DNA of 64,000 nucleotides, from the NCBI GenBank assembly GCA_013265495.1, contig MU063048.1, forward strand, positions 4,841,302 through 4,905,301, read 5' to 3'. Below the pieces are notes generated by a model. That model had not been told where the DNA came from. It searched no databases and saw nothing but the letters and a program-made list of their open reading frames with translations. Shown piece after piece: positions 12,320 through 23,389 of the stretch. This DNA comes from Vicugna vicugna (lineage: Eukaryota). Both the position numbers and the translations under genes were made by a program. The first letter of the stretch is position 1, and every line of letters begins with the position of its first letter.

Positions 12320-12730
12320 GAGTGATGCCCTCAGGCAGAGTCTGTTTCCAGGTATCGGTCCATTTCTCTTGGGGCGGAAACTTGGGTTTTACTTCCCTGA
12401 GATACAGCGCGGCTCTCGGACCCTTCCTCGTGGTCAGCACTGGTAAAGGTTTTCTCAGGCTTCAGGCAAGAGAGAGTCCACATCAAACTGAAGACGGCAC
12501 TTTGGTAAACATAAACTGATTTTTGTGCTTTTCACATTCTCGTCAGCGCGGGGTCTGCAGACGGTGCTGGGTGTGGTGCTCCCTTTCGTCTGTCAGTCAC
12601 ATGGGGCAGGTTCTCCACACGTTCCCCTCAAGTGTTGAACTGAAGCCCCGGGTTCCCCGAAAGAAAGGTGGGGGTCCCATCAGCTGTCCTAGGACAGGTA
12701 TTTACAGCACAGTGTCTGGCCTGACGGTCC

Positions 12731-12874
12731 TCACTCTTGGATGGAGGAGTGGCGGATGGACCTGTGGTAATCCTCCGGGCTGCCCACGTGCTCAGGTAAG
12801 TCGTAGCCCCTCAGGAGGTGCCCGCTGTTCTGCTGAGCGAAGTAATACAGCTGCCTGGCGAGGAGAGGTTCAAC
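12731..12874 (-). CDS. IRF4: IRF4 exon 9, coding part (C-terminal autoinhibitory region)
   Basis: TGTTGAAG|GTTGAA; 144 nt to TGA at 12733-12731. Translates VEPLLARQLYYFAQQNSGHLLRGYDLPEHVGSPEDYHRSIRHSSIQE*. Confidence 0.97.
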   Translation of the reverse strand, partial: VEPLLARQLYYFAQQNSGHLLRGYDLPEHVGSPEDYHRSIRHSSIQE

Positions 12875-14735
12875 CTTCAACAGAAGATTTTCAAGAGAGC
12901 GTTACTGAGCTACTCCTTCTGACTCCGTGCGGCAGCCTCCACAGCTGAGGGTGAGGTCCAGGTGCAGGTTCGTAACACACCAGAACAAGTCCCACTGGGG
13001 GCTTCTGGAGAACTAACTTTCTGTTACATGCACCAGCCTATAAACAGAACCTCCTTAACTCTGGGTTTCAATTGACAGGACAGGTAGAGATGGCATCTGT
13101 AAACCAACTGCTGCCTGAAATTCACGTTTAACTAAGACTGAAGCAAATCAGGCAAGAACAACCAAATTAAAAGTAAGTTTGAGGCAATCAGGTAATTTAG
13201 GCCAATGGATTTATATTTCCACACCTGCAGTCTGACAGGCCTGAGGGCTCAGGGACTCACAATTCATGGACAACCTGGATAATCTGCATATTTCTAAACC
13301 AAAGATTTGAAAAAAAAAGCAGCAAAATCAAACAAAAACAAACTGATATTGTGAAAAAAAGAGAAGTTAACTGATCCCAAATTCATCAAGTTTGGTTATT
13401 AGTGTAGACCACGTTCACCAAACAAATAGTCAACATTCAGCTCTTCCTGAACCTAAGTGTCTAAGAAAACCGAATGCTTTCTTTCAGCCAATCAAGTGTG
13501 CTGTTAATTGAGCCTTGGTGTTATTTGAGACAGACCGACTTAAGCATGCCTCACAGGAAGTAACTGAAATACATCCATAGTTAAAAGGAGCAGAACTCCG
13601 GAGTGTTCCCACGTCCACCTTCCATCCCCTCGATTTCGGGATCCCGGCTGGGGACAATCCTTGCCCAACCAGGGCCAGTGTGTCCAGCTCCACAGGCTCG
13701 GGGTCACCATTGCCGTCTGAGATGCTATCTCCCAGGGCCAAGATGCTTTAGTCCTTTGACAGTTGTTAACAAGGATCAGTTACTAAATCAACAATTGTAT
13801 CGATCCCGGGAGAGAACTTGTGAGAAAACCCTAAAGTTTATGGGGACTATACTTTTGTTTATTGGTTGGTTGTTTTTTGATTTTACAATCAGGAAGGGGG
13901 GGGTGCATTAGAGAGCGCACGTTAGACAGTGTTTTATGTCAGATTTCAACAAGAACCGGTATCAGAACTAAAATCTGACCTGAATTTTGTTATTATTTGG
14001 TGTAATTTTTTACCTGTTACTGCTCATTATCTGGGCCCATTAATAACGCCTGAATGCAATGCAAAGTCTTCAAATTTCAAGTTCAAAAATCTTAAGTATT
14101 CAAAACTCTGTTTTCTGTGGCAAAGGAATGCTAAATGTTATTTATCTAAGTCCCGTTTCTTTCCTTTTTTGTGAAATGTTTCCTTGCCACGGGTGAATCC
14201 CATCTTAAACTGCTGGTGAACCTGGTGATGAGCTGACCCATTCGAAATGCTTGAACGGTTTAGCTTCTTCCAGATAACACATGCTCTTGGTTTCCAGCAA
14301 TTAAATAATTTTTAAAATTCAGAAATAAAAGAGGATCTGGGGAACATCTGGAGGGGCCTACAAGATACACAAAAGTCAGTTTGGGAAAAGCTTCTCCCCC
14401 AAGGGAAGATGAGCACTTGAAAAGCAGTATTAAGGGGGAAGAATTCTAAAGGGCAACATTCAGCTTCCATCCTGTTAAATCCCCACAAAGGGGGATACGA
14501 CAACTTCCTTGAAGAACAAAGGACACAGGAAGGATGCAGCCAGGGCTGGGGGTCACGGGCGGGCGGCAGCGCGGGGTCACGGGCGCCGGGAGGTGGGTGG
14601 GCTCGGGCTGCGCTGCTTGCTGCACCTGCTTTGCCTGGTCACTGGACACTCATGTCTCAACCGAACCTCTCTGAGCGGGACCTTGCTCTCCATGCAGGCC
14701 AAGGAAACGCTATCATTAAGGCAGCAAACACTCAC

Positions 14736-14848
14736 GTGAGCTGTAATGAGCTTCCGTTGCCTCTGAGGGTCTGGAAACTCTTCCCCGAAGCACAGAGTCA
14801 CCTGGAACCTCGGCAGAGGCCGGCCGTGGTGGGCGAACGCTTGGAGCT
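14736..14848 (-). CDS. IRF4: IRF4 exon 8 (IAD)
   Basis: CCTGCAG|AGCTC...GCTCAC|GTGAGT, 113 nt. Translates (E)LQAFAHHGRPLPRFQVTLCFGEEFPDPQRQRKLITAH. Confidence 0.97.
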
Positions 14849-17231
14849 CTGCAGGGACCCACAAGAGAGGCGTTCAGAACCCCACAGGGATGGGATGCAG
14901 GCTGGAGCAGGGAGCCCACGCCTACTCAGGGACCAGGGCAGGAGGCAGGGAGGGCAGGACCACCGCGCGTTCATGGAGTCCCTCCCGCAGGCTCCCGCCT
15001 TCACCTCGAGCGGACGCAGCCTAAGACCAGGGCCTGCACTTTGCAGCTGGGGACCCGTGAGGAGGCAAAGGCGGCAGAGAGGAATGAAGGAGGAGGAAAA
15101 GGAAGCGAAGCCACATCGAGGCAAGAGAATAATTTATACCAAAGAGAAATTCTCTTTAAAAAAATAGAATGGTCTGATTTGACCCTGGTCTACTCATGAA
15201 CCTCATCTCAAAACTGCTGAGCCCTTAATCCGTCCTCGCCACCGGGACCTCCACAGGCGCGACGCAGACACCGCCAAAGCGGAGACTCAGCCCCAGCCGT
15301 GGGCAGCTGCATCCCAAACTGACTCTGGGCTGACTTCTTGCCATGGGTTTGAGACTGGGGTGGGGGTGATGGGCTGCGAGCCTGTGGGTGTGGGTGTGTC
15401 CCGGCGGCTATACCGCCACGCGAGGGGCACCGCTGAGCCATGTGCTCCCCTGCGGGGCCCCGGCCCCCAGCCTCAGTCAGGGTGACAGTGCCCCGGCTGG
15501 CCCTGCCCTCCTGCTACAGCCAGATGTCACGTCTGCAGAGCTGCGGCTGCCTTCTTATCAGATGAGCACCCCGGGCCCCTTGGGGCTGTCCCCGGAGCCG
15601 GCAGGTCCTGAAAGGGCAGATATCAAAGATTTCCACTGTTCTCTTCAACTGAAGAAAAGTTTCTAGCTAACTCAGTGGACCATTTGACTTCCTGCTTTTC
15701 TTTTTGTCTTCCAGAATTCAAATCAAACCCAACCGGCTTAGTCAGAACATGTGAAAGGCTTCCACGCTGCGAGGTGGGCAGAGGCGCCCACACCACACAG
15801 GCTGCTCGCAGGGGCACGGTGGCACGGTTCTCTGAAGGCCGGTAACCTGCGGACACTCGTGGGAGCCCTTCGCTGGAGGGGCTGCTCTGCGCAGCTGCAG
15901 TTCTGAGCTCACAGGCCTCTTGAACCTCAGTGACACCTCAGGATATAAAAAGAGGCAGCACTGGGCTAAGGGCACAGCCCTGGGTCACAGAGGAAGAAAA
16001 AGCAAAACAGCCCTTGCTCACAGATAAACGTGAAGTGAGTGCAGCCCTCCAGGCCCCGAGGCTCAGGCGCAGCTTCTCGCCTGGCCAGAAAGGGAGGAGG
16101 CCCCCTTCCTAGGTGTGAGGGACTCGGGGAAGAAGGGCCACTGCCCGGGGGCCTGCCGTTAGAGCCCCCGCCCTGCGGTGCCTTCTGAGCCTCAGCCCCA
16201 CCGCCTCGGAGAGACCCAGACCCAGGCGCCCTCCAGGCCCCCGGGAGGCAGCTCCGAGGCTCCGGGTGGGCGGGGCAGCCAGCCCCGCGCGCCTTCCCAC
16301 CTCGGGTGCCAGGGCTCGGCTCTCCCTCTTGTCCGGCCCTGCAGGGGACCGGTTGTCTGGGGATGCGTTTGCTTCGGCACAAAAAGAGAATTTGGGTGAC
16401 CCCAAGCAAACTCGGGCAACTTCAACCCCACATTTGAGCAAGTGCCTCCGGCAGTGAGGCTCCAGGATGCCTCATCCTGTTACTTGACGTGAGTGGAGTT
16501 GAGCAGCACCTTCAGGGAGAGCAGAGGCACGAGAAAGCCCAGGACAGAGTGTTTCTGGAGGGGCACTTGCACAGGGTCATTAGCGACAATGCGGACGCTC
16601 GGAGAACTGCTTCTGCCCCAGAAGAGGCAACACGAGTCCAGACGTAAACGGACATTGGGCAAAGCTTCCTCCGTGTGGTGGCCAGCGCTCTCCACAAAAG
16701 CCAGCCCAGGGCTCAGCTAACTACCACGAGATCAAAACTAGGGACACGACACCTACTGGTTCTGGAAAACGTGATGTGAAACCTACAGAGACAGCTCATA
16801 ACTTCCCTGCTGCAAAATCAGTTCAACACACTCAGCCTTGGTCCCACCTGCTGGAAGGCCTCTCTTGAGGGTGACACACCTCACAGCCAGAGTGTTAACA
16901 ACATACTTCCAACCTTACAATTTTTCTAGGAAACTTAAAGGAGCCAAAACATCGGCAGACATGCTCGCTGAGGCCACACTGCCAGCCAGATGTGAGCCTT
17001 GTTAGCTGGTGAGTACTTGGTGAACACCAGAACTTCGAGACCTCAGCCTGAACCACAGTCCTCCTGAGGTCAGCCTCCTTCTCACACGCCTCTGCTGATG
17101 GGGTGACAGGCGAGCCCCCCAGAAACCTACCCTGGGGCCTTGCCCGGCAGGCCCGGGGTTAACAGACGGAAGACCCCTGAGGCAGGTCCTCCCCCCAGGA
17201 CCTCCATCCTGACGGAGATCAGCGGCCTCAC

Positions 17232-17585
17232 CTGACAAGAACTGCTGAGTGTCGAAGAGCTTGCAGGTCTGGTCTCTCTCCAGCTTGTTGGGCCGGTCGC
17301 TGCACAGCGCCAGGGGCCCGTCCCAGTAGACCCTGCTCTGGCACAGTCTCTTGGCGTAAAGCCCGTCGGGGGCCACCCAGAGGACCACACCCCTTTCCAG
17401 GTGGCCCAGCAGCTTCTCGATGTTCTTCCGATGGCCGCTGTCCTCCGGGAAGGGGAAGACGACCTGGTCCAGGCTGCTGGCATCGTAGGTGTGCCCATGG
17501 GAGATCCGGCAGCCCTCAGGGCTGGACGTGGTCAGCTCCTTCACCAGGACCTCCCGGTAGTAGAGGCAGATGTGGAGCCGGCAGT
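17232..17585 (-). CDS. IRF4: IRF4 exon 7 (IRF association domain, IAD)
   Basis: TTTGCAG|ACTGC...TCAG|GTGAG, 354 nt. Translates (D)CRLHICLYYREVLVKELTTSSPEGCRISHG...QTCKLFDTQQFLS. Confidence 0.98.
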
Positions 17586-18089
17586 CTGCAAACAAAGTTT
17601 CCAGGGTCAGCGCTGAGGAGCCGCGCCGCGCCGGACCCCCGCCCCGGAGGCCAAGCCGCTGACCAGGGCGAGGGGCATCTGGTGGGACGTTGCTGAGGGG
17701 CCAAGAGGACCCTGCAAGACTCACGTCCCTCCTGGGGACTCGGAGGGAGGTGGAGACGTCTGCCAGGAGTCTCCTCACTGCCCTCTAACTGGGCACTTTC
17801 CAAACACACATGACACGGATTTACTTTTTGCTGGCGGGGGCACCACACTGGTGACGAGGACACTCGTCTCCAATACACTAAGTCCTGTGCTGCTGAGCAA
17901 AAAATGCATTTTAAGCCAGACAAGCAGTTCTGATTTTGGAAGAAGTAAACCCTAAGTTCAACTTTCAGCAAAAAAAGTACAATGGTGTTTGAGAAAAAAA
18001 GCAAATATTTCCACACACCTGAAGCCGCCCTGAAGTGTCAGGATGGTGCTCCCCACACGCACACGCACACGCAGAAGCCCTGGGACGGT

Positions 18090-18195
18090 GGTGCTCTCTG
18101 GGCGGTGGGACTGTGACACTATCGTTTTTCATTGTTGCTTTTCTGATTTTTAAATTATTTTTCCACTGTTAATGTACCACTTGCTTAACGAAATT
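18090..18195 (+). mobile_element. L1ME 3' end fragment in IRF4 intron 6
   Basis: GTGCTCTCTGGGCGGTGGGACTGTGAC...TTTTCTGATTTTTAAATTATTTTTCCAC resembles the L1ME terminal motif. Confidence 0.5.
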
Positions 18196-19593
18196 ACCTT
18201 GTGAGGGCCATGTTCCCAGGGCTGACACTTTGTGTTTGAGTTTGGCTCTAGAACTTCACTTCCTCAAACGTCAAACAAGATGAACTAATTTTTAAAATTT
18301 CGTTGATTTCAGAACCTTCTTTAAAATACAACCCACAGGCTGAAGGGACCAAGCCAGGCTGGAGAGGTGCCCTGATCTGAAAGGCCGAGGAGCTTCAGCC
18401 CGTCCTAAGTGACCGTGCAGGCTCACCACGAGGGACGGCGGTCCTCTGCTGAGCTGGCGAGGCTGGGACTTAGCTGAACTGTGTGCCCAGGGAAACCCAC
18501 AAAAGCCTCTTGTTCCTCAGTGGCAGGTTTTGACACTCAGACAACCCACATCACTGTCTCGAGCCTCCCCTTCGACTTCTGCTGCTCTGAGCCCCAGGAG
18601 TGGGTGTCGGCCACTAGAGGTTTCATTTCATTGAACGTCATCAGAAATCACGAGGTCACAGGGATATAAATAGCTATCTATTTCCTACTCTTCAGGGACC
18701 CACACAAGCCTGAGGTGTTCAAGAAAAGGGTTTGAAAGTTTCTAAAAACACACACAGGCCTTTCTGTTCAGAAGCCCCTCCTCCCTGAAACGTCCAGGGC
18801 CGGCGAGACTCCTGCAGAGCCGCGGCACCAGGAAGGTCCGTGCGTGGAGGCCCAGGCCCCTGGGGGCGAGGACAGCCCGGCTCTCACCTCCCGGAACCTC
18901 GAGAACTCGGCTTACACTTTCTGTGGCTCATCTTCAAAGAGGCCGGGGGCAAGGCGGGGGGCTTAGCTATTCAGTTTTAATATTAACACAAATCCCACCT
19001 AAAAAAATCAGAACATTATCTAAAAACAAACACACATACACCACGCAAGTGCAGTGAGCCTTGGGGTGCCTTCCTTAAAACAGGCATGGTCTCCAAGCTG
19101 CAGGGAGTCTTTTAGAAATGAAACTTTAAAAACCAGATCGAATCCATGTTTGTCTGCAGGACACATCAAGTTCAGGGGGAGGCCACCACGCTTGTCTCCT
19201 CGGGCAGCGCACACAGTGAGAAGGACCCAGGGCTAGTGTCCGCGGGAAGCTGACGAAGGCCCCTGGTTGCTCTTTCTAGGAGCCCCGCGCTCTGCTCTGA
19301 GGAGCCTACCGTGCCGCGAGGGTGCCGGCTGCAGAGGGCCTGGAGGAATGCACCGGGGGTCTGCACACTCCTGCAAGGTCAGCCTCCAGCGGGGCCAGGT
19401 GGGACCAGCGGTGGAGGCAGATTAGAGGAATGACCAGGATCGGAGCCCTCCTCCCCCTGCTAACCTTCCAACCTCGCTCACGGTCGGGGGTCAGGGGCGT
19501 CACTGCTCCGGGCCCAGCTGTGCTCACTGACCCCTCAAATCCACCCAGACGCGAGGGGAGCCTGCAGACGCCGCCTCGGGGCCCCCCACTCAC

Positions 19594-19701
19594 CTGAGAG
19601 CGCCAAGGCTTCAGCAGACCTTATGCTTGGCTCTATGGGGATCCCGGGGGCCTGGGACTCAGGCGGGGCACAAGCATAGAAGGTTCCTGTCACCTGGCAA
19701 C
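19594..19701 (-). CDS. IRF4: IRF4 exon 6
   Basis: TACAG|GTTGC...TCAG|GTGAGT, 108 nt. Translates (G)CQVTGTFYACAPPESQAPGIPIEPSIRSAEALALS. Confidence 0.96.
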
Positions 19702-20059
19702 CTGTATTTGCAAAGAAGAATCAGATGGCAGCCAGACAGTCCATCCAGCCCCGCAGGGTGTGTCCAGTCAGCCCCTGGGGTGCACCAGCCTGGGCGGAAG
19801 GGCTCGGGCCCTCCAGAGCCACAAGACAAGCTGGCATCCAGCCGGGAGACCAGGGTTGAAGGAGGAATGCACTTTCTCACTGAAGGAGACTTGGCGTCTC
19901 CCTGTTTTCTTCCTCCCTCCGTCCCTCATTTCCCTTTGGTTGGCTAACACCTCCTCACCTCACAGAAGGCCTGTGGGCCTGTGTGTGAGTTTGCTGAGAG
20001 AAAAGACCTACCTTCCTGGCAACTCTCAATCTATGCCCTCGGACCCACATTCCTCCACG

Positions 20060-20150
20060 ACTGACGTGCAGGGAAACTGGGGCTCAGACAGACGGCGGGG
20101 TTCGCCCCCGTTCACACAGCAGGTGCACAGCAGAGCTGTGAGCCCAGCTT
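20060..20150 (-). mobile_element. MIR fragment in IRF4 intron 5
   Basis: GCAGGGAAACTGGGGCTCAGACAG...TTCACACAGCAGGTGCACAGCAGAGC resembles the reverse MIR core. Confidence 0.55.
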
Positions 20151-21239
20151 AAAGAGCCTGATTAAAAAGAAGCCCCTACAAACTGCTCAGCCCACGTTTA
20201 CTTAGCTTGCTGCTCCTGGGTTTGGGGGAAAACTGGACCTTGTCTCTTGCCAGCAACGTTAATAGAGAAAGAACATGCAGTAGAACCCGATTTTGCTGGA
20301 GCTTCACTTAATGTCGCCTGTGCTTCAAGGTATGTCTGCCTCACACACCCTGTCCCAGCTCCAGGTGGTGCCTCTTCACGCAGGTCACTAGTCTAGAGGT
20401 GCTGGCGCACTGGACATAGGTCTAGACTCTGGAAACCAGTCCAACGTCAGTTAACTCCTTCACTACATGGAAAGCCGACTTTGCTGCGAATCACTCTGGA
20501 AAAGCTATTAAAACCAAAATCTGAGCTTTTTAATAAACATGTCATGCAATACTAATCTGAAATAACCGTATATGTAGCCAATACCACAAGCCAAGAGTGA
20601 CCGGGACGTGACCAGAGAAAGCAGCAAATACTCCTAGAACATACAAAAGGATCTGTATGTTGACCAGTCTTAGAATTTCCACTCGGATAACTAACTCGGA
20701 AGTCCTAAAAGCTTGTGCTTTGATGTACTGAATCATACCATGTGAAATCTTCTCTGCACTTAGCAAGTCAGTGCTTCTGCGGCAAGATCTCATCTCGGTG
20801 TCTGGGGAAGGCTCTGGGCAAGCACTTCCAATCCAGACCAAACCGGCCCCAGCCAGGGGCTCGGGGGGCCTTTTACGTCCTCCTGACAGTGCTCATTCAC
20901 TCCCTTCTTATTGTCGCCCTAGCCCAGCAACAACTCGGTGGGCACGACTGCCGTGTAGGAGAAACACGCTGGGGCAGCGACCTCCCAGTGTCCCTGTGGA
21001 GGGAGGGCACGGGCACAGCTGCCATGTGCTGGTTTCACAGACACGTGGACAGGAACAGCCAGCATTAAGGGACAATTCCGTCTTCTCTGGGGAGACTGCC
21101 AAAATCTACTACTTTTTCCCCAAGGTTGAAAACGAAGTTTAAGATTATTCAGGGAGGAAGAAACATGCTACCTTACTAAGCAGATAATTTAAGAAATACT
21201 GCCAACCAGTTTGAAATCTGACATCTTCTGTGTTACGTG

Positions 21240-21350
21240 GCTGGACTTTGGGGTTAGGAGGCCTGACACTGAATCCCAGCCCTCCACTCTCACTGGGTAA
21301 CTTTGGGCACGTTGCTTACATGGTGTGAGCTTGCACCTATAGAAACAGGG
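21240..21350 (+). mobile_element. MIR fragment in IRF4 intron 5
   Basis: GGACTTTGGGGTTAGGAGGCCTG...GAATCCCAGCCCTCCACT...AACTTTGGGCACGTTGCTTA matches the MIR 5' half. Confidence 0.6.
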
Positions 21351-21585
21351 GCCTGGAAGGACCCCTGCAATGTTTAAAGAAGATTCCAGGAGGCAGCGCT
21401 GAGCCTAAGTCCTGGCACACACAGGCCAGGCGTCAGTGACCTTCAGTATCCCTCCTCTGGGGTCCCCTCCTCTCCTTCACTGCAGGGGGTGCCTTTCCCA
21501 GCAGCTCTGAGGAGGGACTGCCCAGAGGACAGGCCAGGAGGGGCAGGCCTTCTGGCCACAGGAGCTGTCCCAGTGCCCTCCTTAC

Positions 21586-21730
21586 CATTTTCACAGGATG
21601 GGCCTTGCCAGTGGTGGCTGCGGGGTCCAAAGGCCACAGGACACTGGTACGGGATCTCTGGGTGCGGCTGATCAGGGACGAACTCCCTCCAGCCTCGGTC
21701 GTGGGGCGGGATCATGTAGTTGTGAACCTG
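21586..21730 (-). CDS. IRF4: IRF4 exon 5 (linker), with NAGNAG acceptor
   Basis: CTCCAG|CAG|GTT...AATG|GTAAG, 145 nt. Translates QVHNYMIPPHDRGWREFVPDQPHPEIPYQCPVAFGPRSHHWQGPSCEN. Confidence 0.96.
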
Positions 21731-21899
21731 CTGGAGGGACCAGAGTGGAGCTTGAGGGGAGCCACCAGCTCAGGGGGCGGCCTCGAGGAGTCCTGCAAAC
21801 TCCTCGGGAACCTCTTGTGTGGCCGGCGGCCAAATTGTCTTATCATCCGAGAAGGCTTGGTGGAAACTCGCCACGAAGAACGAAAAGCACAGTGGAGAC

Positions 21900-22055
21900 A
21901 GTGTTGTAAAGCTCATCACATGGTTAAACCTGCACCAGACGCACTGCCGGGAAATGCGTCTTCTCCCACCCAGCAGAGCGGATCAAACAGAGCTGTAATT
22001 CACAGCAGTTGAGTCTGCAGGGATCATCTGCCCTGTGGTTTCACATGATAAAGCC
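21900..22055. promoter_or_regulatory. Orthologue of the IRF4 intron-4 melanocyte/lymphocyte enhancer (human rs12203592 region)
   Basis: Located in intron 4. The sequence aligns without gaps around the SNP to the human flank as I recall it. CACATG E-boxes at 21917-21922 and TCACATGA at 22041-22048, with a RUNX TGTGGTT at 22034-22040. Confidence 0.7.
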
Positions 22056-22340
22056 CTGGTTCCAGAAGCTTTGACTTCCACAAAAGGCCTGTTTCCCAGA
22101 TTTCAGCATCCGTAGTAGCATCTGGCCAACAGGCAGACACTCCCGCCCTCCTCCGCCTGAAACCTGCTCCCACGGCAACACCAGGTGGGAAGCCAGGCAG
22201 TCACCCAGTGGCCCAGGGTTTGCCTTGGCTGTTTGACTAAGAGCAAAAATGAAGTTCTGCTGTTTTGTCTTGGGTCTCTTCCGCTGTGTGTGCCTCACAC
22301 AGACCCAGCCTCCCCTTCCTGAAGCCCTGCCCTCCCATAC

Positions 22341-22429
22341 CTGAGCCGGGAGTGGGGTGTAAGGTGCTGTCACGCTGTAGGGGTGGCTCATGGGCAGCTG
22401 TGGGTCCTCCAGGGCCAGCTGCTTTGCTC
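22341..22429 (-). CDS. IRF4: IRF4 exon 4 (linker)
   Basis: CTCAG|GAGCAAAG...GCTCAG|GTAT, 89 nt. Translates (G)AKQLALEDPQLPMSHPYSVTAPYTPLPAQ. Confidence 0.96.
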
Positions 22430-23202
22430 CTGAGTGTTTAGGCAGAAGGGAAGTGCACAGAGTGAAAAAGGGAACTGACATGACTAAACGTCAAATCTTA
22501 GAAAAATACCTGAGGGTTTAATTCCTAGAATGCATAACATTGTTGACAAATAAGGCATTTTTTTGCAATTCCCTTGGGCATTATTTGTCCAGGCCATTAA
22601 ACTGGTTCCCGCGAGGTCCAACGCGTGTAGGGCAAGGAGGGAAGTGGGTGAAGCCATGGGCCATGAGCCTTGTGACGTGACGGGCCCAGCAAATACGCTG
22701 CTGGTGAGGTCACCTTGTGGTTTAAATGGCAGACTCCTGGGCTCTGTTTTGACACACTGGTCAGAATCTTGGAAAGTGGGAATCTGAATATTAATAAGCA
22801 CCCAAGTTGACCATGGCACACTTTGAAGTTGACACTTTTATTAAGATGAATGGCAACAACATCTGGACTGTGTGCGCCTCCCTTCTACAAAACAGTTAAT
22901 CATGAGAGAACTGATAGAGAAGTAACGGTTCGAACAGCCTTTTCATTTTTGGTTTGGAAATTTGGCCCACATCTTAGCAGAACTGGAAAACATACATGCA
23001 CGCACACACAGGTAGAGACTTGGAGTCTGAGAAATTAGCCTGCGCTGGAGAATTTCCATGTGTGACCCAAATAGCTTGCTGGGCTTGAATGGGAGGCTGA
23101 GGCTGGCAGACAGGCTACAAAAAAACCAAGACCAGAAAAAGAGGCCCCGAGATTGAAATTAAGGCGTTAAAGTGGCGGCAGCCCCAGTCCAGGAAGCCCT
23201 AC

Positions 23203-23389
23203 CTTTCTTGGCGCCCTCGGGGACGATCCTGTACACTTTGTAGGGGTCCGAGATGTCCAGCTGGCTCCGCTCCACCAGCTCCTCGAAGTCGTTGCTCTTG
23301 TTCAGAGCACATCGCAAACGTGTCTTCCAGGTAGGAGGGTCTGGCTTGTCGATGCCTTCTCGAAACTTTCCTTTGAATAGTGCCCAAGC
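23203..23389 (-). CDS. IRF4: IRF4 exon 3 (IRF DNA-binding domain)
   Basis: CAG|GCTTGG...AAGAAAG|GT, 187 nt. Translates AWALFKGKFREGIDKPDPPTWKTRLRCALNKSNDFEELVERSQLDISDPYKVYRIVPEGAKK. Confidence 0.98.

Larger units (their letters stand above)
9565..12730 (-). other. IRF4: IRF4 3'UTR (~3.2 kb)
   Basis: Runs from the stop codon to an AATAAA at 9590-9585, with a TG-containing tract downstream. The length is in the range of mammalian IRF4 UTRs. The cleavage site is approximate. Confidence 0.75.

Noticed and set aside
13858-13863. AATAAA in IRF4 intron 8 (possible intronic polyadenylation)
   Set aside because: It lies in AT-rich intron sequence without a convincing downstream element; chance occurrence is likely.
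14549-14585. 13-bp direct repeat GGGGTCACGGGCG, 24 bp apart, in intron 8
   Set aside because: A simple local duplication in GC-rich DNA; the spacing does not fit standard nuclear-receptor direct repeats.
17002-17778. 258-aa ORF containing the IAD
   Set aside because: It is IRF4 exon 7 with in-frame intron flanks; splice sites define 17232-17585.
15944-18672. Antisense TATA-like words in introns 7 and 6 (TATAAAA at 15944, TATAAATA at about 18665)
   Set aside because: Isolated hexamer/octamer matches with no other promoter evidence.
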